A stretch of DNA of 64,000 bases from Eledone cirrhosa (taxonomy: Eukaryota), in the NCBI GenBank assembly GCA_964016885.1, contig OZ024741.1, positions 304,792,001-304,856,000 on the forward strand, written 5' to 3'. Both the position numbers and the translations under genes were made by a program. Shown in pieces: positions 13,207 to 26,912 of the stretch; positions within the stretch are counted from its first letter, which is position 1, and every line of letters begins with the position of its first letter. Below the pieces are notes generated by a model. It worked only from the letters and a program-made list of their open reading frames with translations, ran no database searches and was not told the origin of the DNA.

Positions 13207-13554
13207 ATTATTAGCATTATAGCTTTCCAGCATAGTTACGTCCCTTTACGATCTGAGTTCAAATCCCGCCGAGGTTGACTTTGCCTTTCATCCTTACGGG
13301 GTCGATAAAATAAAGTACCAGTAATGCACTGGATAATTGCTGGCCTTGTACCTAAAGTAGAAACAATTATTAGCATTATAGTCGGACGCCATCCTTTGAA
13401 GCATAGAGTTACGTCCCTTTATGATCTGAGTTCAAATCCCGCCGAGGTTAACTTTGCCTTTCGTCCTTACGGGGTCGATAAAATAAAGTACCAGTAATGT
13501 ACTGGTTAATTGCTGGCCTTGTGCCAAAAGTAGAAACAATTATTAGCATTATAG
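13207..13554 (+). mobile_element. Two tandem 5'-truncated tRNA-derived SINEs (Meta/MESC-like core) separated and flanked by a 16-bp direct repeat
   Basis: B box GAGTTCAAATCC, core TTGCCTTTCATCCTTACGGGGTCGATAAAATAAAGTACCAGT twice; ATTATTAGCATTATAG at 13207, 13366, 13539. Confidence 0.85.
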
Positions 13555-13739
13555 GGCTTCAACTTACTACTTCATGATTTTTTTGATTTTTTTTACTAAG
13601 TATGGAATATATAATGTTTATCAAGCCTTGACCCAAAAGAAACGAATCAAATTGACTACAGTGGGGTTTGAACAAAATAGATACCATTAAAAAGGGATAG
13701 CAACTGAGAACCCACGAACAATATTTTTCAGACTCAATA

Positions 13740-14015
13740 TGTATGTATGGACCCATAACTCCCAACAGTTGCTGTAGTGACATACAGCATGTCTTGGGCA
13801 TTGTAAACCTGGTGGATCCCATCACTTTCCAGGTTTGAATAAAACCAATTTCAAGGAGAGGAAGTGAGAAAGAGATATAGTAGGGAAGAATCAAACTCGT
13901 TATTGGAATGGTAATTTATTGACTTCGAAACGGCAAAGTCAAAGTTGACCTCATAAAACCGGAATAAATGCCGCAAAGAAAGAATTCCACACAACGACTG
14001 TCAATTTGTCACCTC
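13740..14015 (-). mobile_element. Longer SINE subfamily with the same core; copies at ~16140-16360(+), 24770-25085(-), 33580-33760(+), 43835-44495(-)
   Basis: Shared GTATGTATGG.CC.TAACTCC tail, AAACCTGG..GA.CCCATC body and GGCAAAGT..ACCTC core. Confidence 0.65.
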
Positions 14016-15006
14016 AATAAGGATACGGGGGTAAAAAAATTATGAAGCATTTTTTCTACAGCCTGATGAAACACACACTTTATATTAAGTATAGTGTATA
14101 CTGCTGAAGTCAGTCAAATCATTGCACCATGGGACATATTGTTCATGAAGAATATAAACAAACGTCATTGCTCGCTTTTAAACGAATAAAGTCGTTTGCT
14201 GTGACTGATACACGTGACTAAATACACAACTATGAAGGGCTTCTTTGCAATTTCTGCCTCCGAAATCCACTTACAAGACAGTATTAGTAATCCTGAGGCA
14301 ATAGTAAAAACAGGTGCTCTCGAAACCTCATGGTTCCGAAGCATACCTAGCAGTCTCAACGTGGTGTTCGCCGTTCTAGAAATAGTACCCAAATCTCACT
14401 CAAACCACTGTCTGTAAAAGAAGTACACTGAATTATGTAGCCCTATAAACTATATCTGAGAAAAATGGTAACAACTGGAACGTTTCTCATAAGTATGCTC
14501 AGTCAGGACTAATCTGGGGCTAAAGAATAAAACAACATGAAAGACCACTTTTTTTTTAAATTCAGAAAACAATGACAGGCTTAAGGAATGAGTTAGCTAC
14601 TTGAAACTTGCGAGAACTAGGCGAGGTGGGGGGGGGGGAAAACAATAAATTCCAAACAAATGTCAAAGTATATATTTAACTCTAGCTAAGTATTTACTTT
14701 AAAACACCACTTTATATTTGGTTAAATAAATTCAGAACCAATAATTAACAATCAGCTGATGAAATTTCTTTCGAAAGGGCCCTTAGAAATAACTCCAATT
14801 ACGTTGTACAAACAGAAGCCACTCGGTTTTAAGTTTCAAAATGGTGGACAGAATGTCGGGTTTTTAACGGATTAGAGTAATTTCTTCCGTTAAATTCAGA
14901 TCCCATCAAAATTAAACGCGTTCCATCCTTCGAGGGCCGAAAAAATCAATACCAGTAATACATCGCATCTGAAAACTTCTACCAATATTAAATTGATATT
15001 CTGCGC

Positions 15007-15046
<40 letters not shown>

Positions 15047-17745
15047 TTGACCAGATCACAGCGGAGTAATCAAACTTTATAGTTACGCCTTCTTGTAGGA
15101 TTGCCAATTTTTCCAAGTTAAGGTCCACTTTGCAGAATGGCAACCGAAAGAGAGCTGATGAATCAAATTAAAATGTTCAAATTGTTGTGCATACATAAAC
15201 AAACAGAAGTGATTTTATTGTTAACCAAAATGGTATTTTGTGGAAAGTTTTTTTTAGAGGCAACACCGATATTCATTAGATGCCACTTCCTATTTTTGGT
15301 TAAAAATACAGTGAAAATTTGTCATTTTGCAAGATCAAGCGCAGTTATGACAATCTCTCGACGAGCAAGTCGCCTGAAAGGTTGAAAACATTTCAAAATA
15401 TCACTACTGCTCTTCAGAAAGACAAACGCTTTATCGCATAATTTCACTAGACCTTACAAAACTGAGACTTATGTAATTTAAAAGATCTACGCGGTATAAC
15501 GCCACAATTTGATTTAGATTTCTTGATTCAATTATACCATATTAAACTTCGCTAATACTTCCATAAAAACGACATGAACATCACAATTTCTTATTTGATT
15601 TCCTCTACAAAATCTCGACTCCTAAGTGTCAAGTTTTAGAAAGAAAAAAGCAAGCGAACCCATTCCTTTATATATATTATATAAGAAACTCCTCACACGA
15701 GGAATAGAAATTGCAAAAAAAGCACCTGAATTTGCAATAACTTATAACAATCATGCTGAGAAAAGGAACAAATTAGTTAACTGCGAACCAACAAGCGGGA
15801 TGCTTATGTGGTCATTCGACCCCCAAGAAACACTAGTCAAATTTCCTTTAAACACCCTATCATATTAAAAAGAGCGGAAGACATTAGATAATGTAGTCCT
15901 AGATGCACTGTTTAAATATCAGAAAAGACGAAGTATGCTTGATCAGAGTTAAACAACTAGCCTACAGCTATTATAGACCTCAGTGGAGGTTGGCCGATCC
16001 TTCAAATTACGACTTTAAACTCTAAAGAAATGTCAACTGAATAGCAGAATAACTATAAATACAAAAGAAACGCAATGTTTCAAATATATATATGAAATGT
16101 GTAATTGTATAAGATATAAGGCCACTGTCGAATTAAATACATCGCGGTTTTCGTTCTGGCTCTCTGCACCCAAAACCCACTGAGATCAACTTTGCGGTTC
16201 ATCTTTTTGAAGTCGATAAAAAAAGTACCAGTCAAGTACTGAAGTCTATTCCTCTATCTCTTTCTCACTCTCTCCTTCTTTGGAAGAATTTGGATGCATT
16301 TAGACCTGGAAATGGGATGGGCTCAGCTCCTACGACTATCAGGAATTACAGGTCCATACATACATAAAAGATATTTAACAACGATAGTATTAACACCAGA
16401 TTCTTTGCGAGTTACATACAATATTTGTTTCGTCGCTCGTTTGGTGTCACTAGTATATTTTGGACCAGCAATGCTATGTTAAATATATATGTACATTACT
16501 TTAGATTTGAAAGAAAAAAACCCATTAAATACACATATTTCAAGCATTGCTTCTTCAGAAAAGTTGATGAAATTCCTGTTTGCCATCATATTAAGGATTC
16601 TGTTCGTTGATTTTCTTTCAAGTTTACAACCAAAATATTACGGGAAATTGTTTTAAGAGTTGAATGTAGACAATATTTTACTGGTATCTATTTGAGCGAC
16701 TATTGAAGAATCAAAATCGAACTTTGATAATATAGGAACCAAGATAATAACGGAAACAAAGTGCAAACGGTACGCTTATACTCCAAGATCGACGAAAGCA
16801 TTTTAACCGTTTTCCAGCCAACTCCAACTTTTTAAATATTAATTTTTTTTATTTAATGACGATTTCACTTAGAAGCACATGGTTCCAAACTTATAGAAAA
16901 ACCATGTCCATTACTTTCTTCAAATGATTTGTGTGTGTGTGTGTGTGGTGTATGCACAGGTTTAAGTACGATTCTTAAAAGTGGGATGTTGCTTGAGAAA
17001 CTAAATGGCGAGGAGAGACTATGAAAACATGCCGACTAGGGTGTTGTTTAGTTCAACTGGTGGCTGTTGTAAACTTTACCGGGATAGTTGCCGAAATTAG
17101 AGGATAAGGGAACAGTACGGATATCGCGGAAAAAAGGGGGGAGTATTAAAGAAAGAGACCATCTAATAAAACAAATATATTAATAAAAAATATATATATA
17201 TATATATTCTTTCAACGTTCACTCATTCCCCACGCAAAAAAATGTATTCTACATATATTATGTATTTCTATACACAAAATGCATGTATTTATTCACAAAA
17301 CATCCATATAATACACGTGGCTTGTTACCGTGTTGTATGCTTGCACAATGGATATATATATATAATTCGTACAAAATATATTACACGATTTGGTTATGGA
17401 AAATACATAAATAGAGTTTGTAAACTATTTGCTAGGATAAAAAACACCAAGTATATACCACAAGATACGCCGGGTACCATAATAAATCTTTGAAGAAAAT
17501 GAAAATACTTCGTCCGATTCACCGAATTCATTTCGCATGTTCCACTATATATACACATATATGAGGTGACCAAAACCAATATATACGAAATGAATTCGTT
17601 AAAGGACGGAATATTTCCATTTTCTTCAAAGGAAATCTATTGAAAATGATACCCGACACGCTTGTGAAGATTGCATCTGTATAATACTTAAAAATTATAT
17701 ATATATATATATATACATGGAACTTTTTTAACCATCTTTTAATTT

Positions 17746-17798
<53 letters not shown>

Positions 17799-18452
17799 TG
17801 CCAGTGTGTTATACTGATATTATATACCGACAAATATACACAGGTATAAAACACACACATACCGGTTGTTGGTATGTGATAATTCACACACATTAAGCAA
17901 AGTAGGATTCTGACAAAACTTTCAACAATTTGTCAGGAAAAGTTATTCTTTCTTACATTCACAACTTTCAATCAACTCTTTTATGTCTATTATAAACTCT
18001 TGTGTATTGTTTCGCATTTAAAAAAAAAGGAAAAACATTGCAAAGTAGGGGTTATTGAGAGAAAGGGGGAAAATGTGTGGTAATTATTTGAACAGATAAG
18101 GTATTGCAAGAATATGGGAGGGGGGGTCCTGAATAGGGAGAACAAAGTTTCGTTTTTTGTTAAAAGTCATCAAAGATTTCGTAAACAATTCACTAAAAAC
18201 GATATTAATTATTTATGTAAAACTTTGCCATAGTTTAAATTTCACTTTCAAAGGGGAAAAGAAATGATAAGAGAATTTACACATGTTGGGTATGTTACGA
18301 TGTCTTCTAACCGGCCATTTTGAATAGCTGTCCGTCAAGACTTTAGCAATCGGATAAAATAGATGATTAAAACGGGTTTTAAAACATAACTTATAGAAAA
18401 AGTGTGAGTAGAAATATTTCATTAAGAAAAGACAGATAATTACTGTTCTTAC

Positions 18453-18624
18453 CGTTGAGATTGTCAATAGCTTTCTCGGTGTTAATCTGATCGGGACAGT
18501 CAACAAAAGCGTAATTTGACTTCAGCAATATATGGCTTGTCTCTACTCCATGCTCCTTGAACAAACCGCTCAGCTTACTATTAGTAATATTAGGCGGCAA
18601 ATTTCCTATGTACAATTTAAACAT
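18453..18624 (-). CDS. IGF2BP: IGF2 mRNA-binding protein (IGF2BP/Imp) first coding exon, RRM1 N-half
   Basis: MFKLYIGNLP...KSNYAFVDCPDQINTEKAIDNLNG resembles vertebrate MNKLYIGNL...KTGYAFVDCPDE..A.KAIE.LSG; phase-1 donor G|GTAAG at 18452, as recalled for vertebrate exon 1; exon 2 not identified in window. Confidence 0.92.
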
Positions 18625-18819
18625 TGCCTTTGTTTAAGAGTAAAACAATAACTTTGATAGTTAAGAAAAGTTTTTAAAATGCAACAGCAAAATTAACTGC
18701 TAAAGATGAAGAAATATTTGGCACTATATTACAAATATATTTTGACACTCAAAAAAAAAAAAAAAAAAACAGTCCTACAGGGTAAGCGGAGGAATACGAT
18801 AGCGTCACCTCTACATGCT

Positions 18820-19110
18820 TTAAGAGGGGCGGAAGCATTTTTATGGGAGTACAATACCAATATTTAACAATATATAAACTTTTAAAATTACGACAATTGA
18901 TTTATTTATAATATATAAGAAATTCAAATAAAGAGATAGCAATTACAATTATTTTCCCGTAACTGCTTAGAATGTGCAAACTGTGATTAGCAACTGTTGC
19001 GCCAACTACTCACCCCTATGAAGCAAAGTAAATGGATTCGTTCTATGGTTTTCATACTCCCACTTAGCACGTGGTCCGGCTTATAAGGCCGCCTCCCAGC
19101 CCAATGCAGC
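18820..19110 (-). promoter_or_regulatory. Candidate IGF2BP promoter/5' region
   Basis: GGGGCGGAAG GC/ETS-like box ~18825, CACGTG 19068-19073, TTATAA 19081-19086, CCAAT 19101-19105, upstream of the ATG; motif-only support. Confidence 0.4.
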
Positions 19111-20089
19111 ATTCAATTATTTGTATACATATTTTTTATTCGTCTTATTTCTCTAAATTTTAAGATTAAAGTTTGAGATTTAATTATTTTTAAAAAAATC
19201 TTTAATATCAAAATCCAAGAAACAAAATTGCTTGCCTTTTTTATTTTTGTCATTATATCATAGAAAGTTGAGTAAGTCTATATATTATATATAATCTTAA
19301 AAATTAAAAAAATGTTTACTTTTTCACAGTTAATTATTTTTTGGTAAGCTAAAACAAATATGTTGAGTAGGAATTTTTCAACTTTCCTTATAACCATCAA
19401 ATGTACAAATATTCAGAAAATTTCTTGGGTGGGATAATATTTTTTCTCTTTTTTTTTATAGGTTTCAATAATTAGACTACGACCGTGCTAGAGCACCTCC
19501 TTCGGGATATTTTATTTATCTTATCTACTCTATAGATATTTTAGTCTGTTATATATATATATATATATAGTGAAAAATAAGTATGCATAGTGGGTTTTTA
19601 CATCAATCTATTGGGAAATTTTCCATTACTAATGTTTCAATGGGTTTGACGACTATCGAGTGTGTTGGTTCCATAGCATCAACCCGGTCTCTTCAGCTGT
19701 CTTCCGAACATTAGTTTATCCACTGCTGTTTCTATGGAGAGGTGAATTTGATAAAATTCAATCTCCTCTTTCTCCAATATCAGCATTGGATGCAATGCCC
19801 TATTTGGTTGTCTACCTGCATATAATATATGTGTGTGTGTGTAAAAATTGACATACTAATTGAAACTGGTAATATTTGACAAATCTTAAATCCATTTAAT
19901 GTAACAATGATAAAAATATTTCTCTTGTTGGATTAAAGAAAAAAATTATCTTCAAATATATCCCTATACTTTTTCAGTTTTATTTCTTACTTATAATCTT
20001 TGTATGGAACTTTACCTCTTTTTTCAATTATATATATATTTCGTGGAAAGTGGACGTTAAACGATGATGATATATATATATATATTTAT

Positions 20090-20447
20090 CAGCAACTGGA
20101 GAGAAATGAAACAAGCCTGTTCCGGTGGATGTGCAATGTCAATGTGTGTGAACGACCAAGCATGGATGAGTTGAGAGGGAAACTGTATAAGAGGAATAAA
20201 CTGTAGTGTGCAGGAAAGAATACTGCATTGGTATGGCCATGTGATGCACATGGAAGATGACTGCTGGGTGAAGAAGTGCCTAGAAATCCCAGTGGAAGGA
20301 AGACCACAAAAAACATGGGCAGAGGTAGTGAGAGCTGACCTCACAGAGGAGATTACGAAGGACTGTGACAAATGGAGAGATGCTGTGCTGAAGAGGACCC
20401 ATCCCAGCCTTGCAAGCAAGGGAAAGCGGACGTAAAATGATGATGAT
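20090..20447 (+). mobile_element. RTE LINE 3' fragment (family 2-like)
   Basis: LERNETSLFRWMCNV, WYGHVMHM, GRPQKTW remnants and (GAT)n tail. Confidence 0.85.
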
Positions 20448-21549
20448 ATATATATACATACAATTGGTATACACCTATTTAAGATGAGGCAGATGATGTT
20501 GATAGAACTTAATGCAGCATTGTAGTGGTAGATTCGTCAAGGTAATGCTTCAGGGCTTTGTGGTTGGCACCAGTCGTATAAGGTATCCTTGAAGAATGTA
20601 CACAGCTAGCATGGTAAAGGTGGCTACCAAATTCAGCTGGTGCTTTAGTCAACAAAAGTGAGTATGTAATTCAAGCCACCTGTGCAGATTGTAACCACAG
20701 TCCAGTTTTTCCAGCACCTATTACAGTATTACTTCCAGATCACTATAGTATTCATAAGATTATGATTAAAGTGAAGCAAAGTTGAGTAATATTATGCCCA
20801 GTATTGAATTAGCATTTCTTTAAATCATTTCATTCTACTTTCAAAGAGACAGTGGGTGACGGTAAATCCAGTTTTGAAATAATGTTTCTTCAAAACATGG
20901 GTAACGTTGAGACCTGACAGACATGGGCCTGGCCTGTGACAAAGCCTGAAACCATACAGAATTGAGATCTCTTGTTCCATGCTCCATGGAAAGCAAAAGG
21001 AACTAAAGAAAGAAAAGACTGGATAATCACATCTGGAATGCCTTTTCATCACAGATGGATGAGTCAGAGTGCTGATGTCTACACCATGGAGCTTTTCATA
21101 AATAGAATGATGTTTATAACTATCCAGGGTAAGTATTGACAATACAGTAAAACTACTAAGTGTTTAAACAGCTAACATTGCTGGATTCCAGCCCTATGAG
21201 AAATGGATAGTGATCGGCTGACTAGCTTTGATATATTATATATTGATAATCATCTTCCGCACTCTTTCTTTCTACACTTTTCAGAAGCAGTAGCATAACA
21301 GATCAAAATGAATGGGAAAAGTTTAAGTCAAATGATTTATAAGTATTTTCTCTTCCTTAACCTAGATTCACACCAAACAATGCAATTCAATACATACCCA
21401 TTTAGCCCTGCTTCCCAAGAAACTGGTTATTGAGTGTTCCTGCAGAGAGGCAGGAGGTTAATCAAGGTAAGGCGAGGTTATTTACAGGCAAAAGGAGACA
21501 TACAACATTGTCAATTTCTTCTTTTACTATAGCTCACCTGCAGCTGAAT

Positions 21550-21798
21550 TTAACCCTTTCATTGCTGCACTTCTAGTAAAATACACTGCCTATATGTTTC
21601 ATTTTGAAAATATCTTTAAATTTGGAGGAATTTTATAAAATAACTAAGATTTTTAAAAGTAAGCAAACATTTAGGATATTACTTAAGAAAAAAATTCTAA
21701 AATAAGATTATGATGGAAAGTTTTAATATAAGAATAAACAATTTAAAATAGGCAGTTCTGTATCATAAATCCAGGGTGGTTTGGTATTAAAAGGGTTA
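21550..21798. mobile_element. TTAA-flanked piggyBac-like MITE (many partial copies in window)
   Basis: TTAACCCTTT ... AAAGGGTTAA; the end GGTTTGGTATTAAAAGGGTT recurs at ~1415, 10420, 22310, 27380, 29975, 30480, 41420. Confidence 0.65.
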
Positions 21799-23202
21799 AA
21801 AGGTAAGAACTGCACTAAATATATTCATTATCCACAGCATAGAAAAAAGAAAAAAAACATGCCTGATTTAATAAGGGTTATTCTTTGAACCCTTCTGTTA
21901 GCATATTTTTAATGAAAGATGCAAGATATAATTTTCAAATAAGTTTGAAAGAGATAAACAAAATTTGGAGGAACTTTGTAATATAACTTTCTCGTTTATT
22001 TAGCTAGTGTTTAAAACATTAATTAGTAAAGCTTCTTATGTAAAATTATCATGTTTGATAAAACAAACAGCCAGGTGGAGGACTCTTCAGCTGTGACAAC
22101 CTCCCTAGATCTAGAATCATGATAAAATGCACTAGTAGAGTTTAGGAATGTGCGTAATCAAGATGCAGGCCCCTGCCACATCTGAGATCAGAAGCTCTGA
22201 TTGAGTATTATCTGGTCTGTCACAACCCAGCCAACCCTTTCTAGCAGGGAAACAAACTTTAAATGATAATGATGATAAACAATTTTGTATTGTAGAATCA
22301 GGGGTGGTTTGGTATTAAGGGTTTATTTGAAACTAAAAGATAAAGGAAAAATGTTCTTAATGTCAGATTTGATATTTTGATACTTTATCAAATATACTCT
22401 TAAATCACAGCTGACTGGGCCAGTAGAGTGTCAGCCTACTACACTAATATTAGTTCAAGTTAATTATATAATTTAAATTAAGCTGAATCTTATGGTGAAG
22501 TAGATTTCATACCTTTTGGTACTGACAGCAATATATAATTGACCACATCTTGCCTATATGTTTCATTTTTGTTTTCTTTCTATGGTTGGATGCTCTTATT
22601 CCACTTATTCCAAACACTGCAATGTGTACTGGGAGCATTTTATCATGGCACCTTCACAACCACCTTATGGGGTGGACTGGATATTATTTATATTTGTGGC
22701 ACCAACATTACCATTTTGAAGGAAGCAGTGATAGAAATGGGGGTGAGGGCTACATGTTACTTGCCTGGGGAGGGGGTCATCCCAGTGGGTGAGAAAGTGT
22801 TGGGTTGTGGAGGAAGTCTTGAAGCAAGTGAGGGGTGCCTGGCATTATGTAGTGGAATGTGTCCAGCTTTCCTTGTTGGCATGGGTGGGACAGGGAATGT
22901 GTCAGGTATATGAATCTGGGGAATTGGTGAGGGCATGGTTTTGGTGGAGAAGGTAAATCAGAGAAGTGAGTGAAATGAGGAGTTAGGTTCGCCCTGACTT
23001 TCCATGCTTTCATGTATTGAATGATGAAGGGAGGTGGAAGAAGGGTATGAATGTGAGTGAGAGTAAGGGTATGAGTGGAGGTAAGAATATGAGTGAGGGT
23101 TAGAGTGTGAATTCACAGGCATATCTTTGTTAAAGTTTGGTGAAGCAACCGAATATTACTTATTCTGTGTGTAAAACAAGGGATTATGTACTAGTAAAGA
23201 TT

Positions 23203-23914
23203 CATCATCATCATCGTTTAACGTCCATCTTCCACGCTAGCATGGGTTTGGACGGGAATTTTCCCACTTGAGGCAAGATTGGTTGTCTTGCTCGCATAGG
23301 ACTGTCTGGCGGGTTTTCTACGGCTGGATGCCCTTCCTAACACCAACCCCGTTTACAGTGTGGACTGTGAGGTTTTTACCGTGTTACCTACACGGCCACA
23401 TTACAGCGTGGACTGTGTTTTTTTGTCGTGACACCTACACCTCATTTGTTTCGGACTGGATGTTGTGGTACCAACATAACATTACATTGGAAGGGGCTGT
23501 GTGGTTGGGGTGGGGGTAGTGGGACGGGGGTGTATTTTTGTTAGAGGTGCTTACTGACTGTAGGTTTCACTTTGTACTTAGGCAAGGCTGGTCTTCTGTA
23601 TTACTGTGTAGCGCCAAAGATCTCGGTCCAGTGACATTGTCTTGGAGAGGTGTACGTGTGTGAGGTCGGAATTTATCAAGCCGTCCTAGGTTTTTCTGGG
23701 TCTGCCTACTCCGTGGCTACCGTCTATTTTTATCGCCCTGCACTTTTTTATACAGCTGTCGTCTTTCATGCGCATCACGTGACCGTACCAACGTAGTCTT
23801 CTCTCGAGTAAACAGCATCTGATCCCTCTTATTCCTAATTTCTCCCTTAGTTCGTTTATGCTTTGCCGTACACATATATTGCTATTACACATCCAGCGGA
23901 GCATGCAAGCTTCA
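23203..23914 (-). mobile_element. RTE family 1 3' fragment
   Basis: ORF 23686-23904 MLRWMCNSNI...GRPRKT plus full 3' UTR and (CAT)n. Confidence 0.92.
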
Positions 23915-23969
23915 TTATTTATATTAATTTTTTTTCATGATAGCATAACAAATTATTTATTCTACTCCA

Positions 23970-24420
23970 ACAGCTTCTACAATACCCCATCCATGAGTGC
24001 AAAATGTTTTAGGAGATTGGGTTGATGCCGTGTCTGTGGCCAACTCAGTCTGAGTGAGCTCTGTATCTCCATTGCCTTCAGAGATGGAAAAGATGTTTGT
24101 GGTGGATAGAAATGTGGCAGGATTAAATATCCCCTCAACTTGACTCGACAGTTTTTCATGGATCATCAATGTAGGTCACTTTGCTTGTCATACCGAGCTG
24201 AACTCAATTACTAAGTGGGCTCCGAAGAGAGTAAATATCCCCTCAATTCTGAAACCAGATGGATTGTCCAGAGTTGATGGAAAGCAGCCAGATAGTTTTA
24301 TCTTTTGCCCCAGAACAAGCTAGATGTCACCTTTGAGACACCCTAGTCAGTGACTCTTTTGCTCCTTCCTACATCCTTGATATTGTGGTAAAAGTAAGAT
24401 GGGGAACCTGCAGCCTTCTA
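23970..24420 (+). pseudogene. Decayed CRE-clade non-LTR retrotransposon, RLE endonuclease region
   Basis: Translations LGDWVDAV, ELCISIAFR and GHFACHTELNSITKWAPKRVNIPSILKPDGLSRVDGKQPD resemble CRE consensus GRH..LN..I.RAL....IPS.LEP.GL.R.DGKRPDG. Confidence 0.7.
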
Positions 24421-26608
24421 TGCCATGGACTTTTGTAAGAATCAAAAATTTCCAACAAATTTTTAATTTTTATTAATGTTTTTGTCTATCTCTTATTATT
24501 TTAATTTAAACCATAAGATGAACGTATTTTAAATACCAAAGAATAAAAGAACATTCAATGAAATAATCCACACTGATAGACAACCAGAATAAAAAAAATT
24601 AGTAGATCATAAGGGCCATTTCAGCACTTTCTATACTTATGTTTTAATGCTATTCTAGAATGTACATGGTGCATTGTATTTGCAAGGTTCCTAGTAATAG
24701 TCAATTGTATTTATTATGTGTTTATATTTCATTTCTGAAAGAATTGTGAACAATTTATAATGTTATTTGTATGTATGTATGGTCCGTAACTCCTGATAGA
24801 GGCGTAGTTTCTTGGGTATTTAAAGCCTTGCGGAGCCCATCCCTCTCCAGGCCTGAATACAGCAGATTTCTTCTAGGGAAAGATAGAAAGTGAGAGAGAG
24901 TAAATGAAAAAGATATAGAGGAAGAATCGACCCAGTACTCGACTGGTACTTTTTTTTATCGACTTCGAAAGGATGAAATGCAAAGTTAACCTCAGCAGGA
25001 TTTGAACTCAGAGAGCAGAGAGCCGAAACGAATACCATAAAGCATTATATTTGACGTTCTAACGACTCTGCCAATTCGTCTTACAACTGTAAATAAAAAT
25101 ATGCAAATCTTGGATTCCAAGAGAACTAATCACTAAAAAAAATTACATAATAAAAACCCAATTGGTTTTGAAAACGGTTAAAGTGTTTATCGTTTTCTCA
25201 ATTTACAGGTGAATATGTATATTTGGCATGTTTACATGTCTATATATTTTAAAATGTGCAAATTTACAGTCTTGGTTACTTCTATTTTGTATAAATACAG
25301 ATCTAACTTTCCCATATACCATTCAGTTTAAACATTATCACTTAGCCCCTGAGTGCCTTTAGCAAGTAAGACATCTTCAGTTTCTTCTAGATGTTCAGGC
25401 TGGGCTAATAATTAGCCTCATTAATTTCAGATTAACTAAATAATTTTTTTTTCTTTCGAATTCTCGAATAGGCTATGTAGCCGGTAAACCCTAAAGAGAC
25501 GCAACACACATCGCTATAGCATTTCACCAACCTCTTCCTTCTGTTTATGTATTTACGTGTAGATATGTGTGTGTATGTCACACGTTACGAATGGACGACT
25601 AAATGATTTAAACTTGTTTTTTAACAATTGATGGTGGAAAAGATTTCAAATTGTCTTAACTCGGACCACAGCTCATAGCCTCTTCCCTTTTTTTCTTCTG
25701 GGACGTTTTCCCTTTAAAAAAAAATCAGTTAACATTTTGGAGTAGTCTTCCTTTGATCTTCCCTTGTCATGTATGACTTATCTCCCTTACATAAGCAGGA
25801 AGTTGTTTCTTAAGAACGCAGTAAACACTGTATGAATTTCCACAACGTATGTCATTAAATAAGAGATATTCTCCCTTCACAATATATGACAGAATAAGAT
25901 TATGCATATATATATACAGTACTAAAAAAAATAAGGGAGAAAAAAGGGGAGTAATAAAGAAGAAAAAATGGGGTTGGGGAGAAGACCCGCGCACTCAATA
26001 CACACATCATAACAAGAGACGTTGAACTTTCGTTAGGTGTTTATATTTTATAGAAACATTTGCAAATCATGTCACCTTAAAGCAACTGCACATATATTTG
26101 GCATATAAAAATGATTTATGTATAAAGTGATTACAAATCAGCTTTTAATTGAAAAGAATACTTTTACTCAGATATATTTTTCGTATCATTGGAAACTGAG
26201 AAATGCGTTTAATCAGTGGTGAGATGTTTATTTACTTATAAACATAGACAACACACTCCACACAAACAAGTAGCTTATCAACCATCTCTTTGTCAACTGC
26301 ATTTAATAACTTGTGTTTATCAATCAAATATGGGAAATTTTAAAAACAAAACAAAAGAATAAAAAATCGTTAAAATTCTAAGTTTGGGTAAAAATTAAAT
26401 CAACGGAGTCCACCCTATTGTAAGCATCTAAACTAGAACTCTGTTCCATTCCCGTTCGTTGTTATCTGGCAGATGTATCAGATCGGGTATCAAGCAGATC
26501 ACTCTCACAGGTCTTCCCTCCCTAATCTATATAAATATTTTGAAGTTCATTTCTCTGTGTCTGCTTTGTTCTATCTATTCAAGTAGACAAATTGGGGAAT
26601 AATTTTGT

Positions 26609-26701
26609 ATGGCGTGTGAGACAACAAGGGTGGTAGTGTATTGGGATGGGGCCCTAGAGTTTTTCCCAAATAAGTTTGGAGGAGAGCTATCACACATGCA
26701 G
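26609..26701 (+). CDS. Candidate upstream first coding exon of FBXL4 (MACETTRVVVYWDGALEFFPNKFGGELSHMQ)
   Basis: ATG, 31 open codons, CAG|GTGATA phase-0 donor matching the phase-0 acceptor at 26913; no homology support. Confidence 0.3.
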
Positions 26702-26912
26702 GTGATAGCGAGGCTAAGATACTGGAATAACCAAGCACTCTTGCCATAAGCATCATCTGATACATTGTTATGGCAAGCCGCCAACAATAACAAGATTTCC
26801 GTTGTTAAGCCGCTCAGCTTGCCCGAACCTCTCGAACGTTGCAAGCTGAAAAAATTGTTTGTCGATAATTCCTTGTATCTATTAATGAAAACATTTACCC
26901 TTTTCTTCACAG

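Noticed and set aside
13207-13554. CRISPR-like repeat-spacer array
   Set aside because: Eukaryotic context; the spacers are homologous SINE copies and the repeats are TSDs
14063-14110. CTGATGA followed by a weak hairpin
   Set aside because: No GAAA/UH core
14750-14790. CTGATGA...CGAAAGGGCCCTT hammerhead-like string
   Set aside because: Stem I and stem II cannot pair and the cleavage triplet is not a usable NUH; likely chance
1-18400. IGF2BP exon 2
   Set aside because: No phase-1 exon encoding the expected RRM1 C-terminal strand could be identified; probably outside the window or missed
20600-21200. GC-balanced stretch that might be an exon or Tc1 remnant
   Set aside because: No consistent frame, motif or splice pair found
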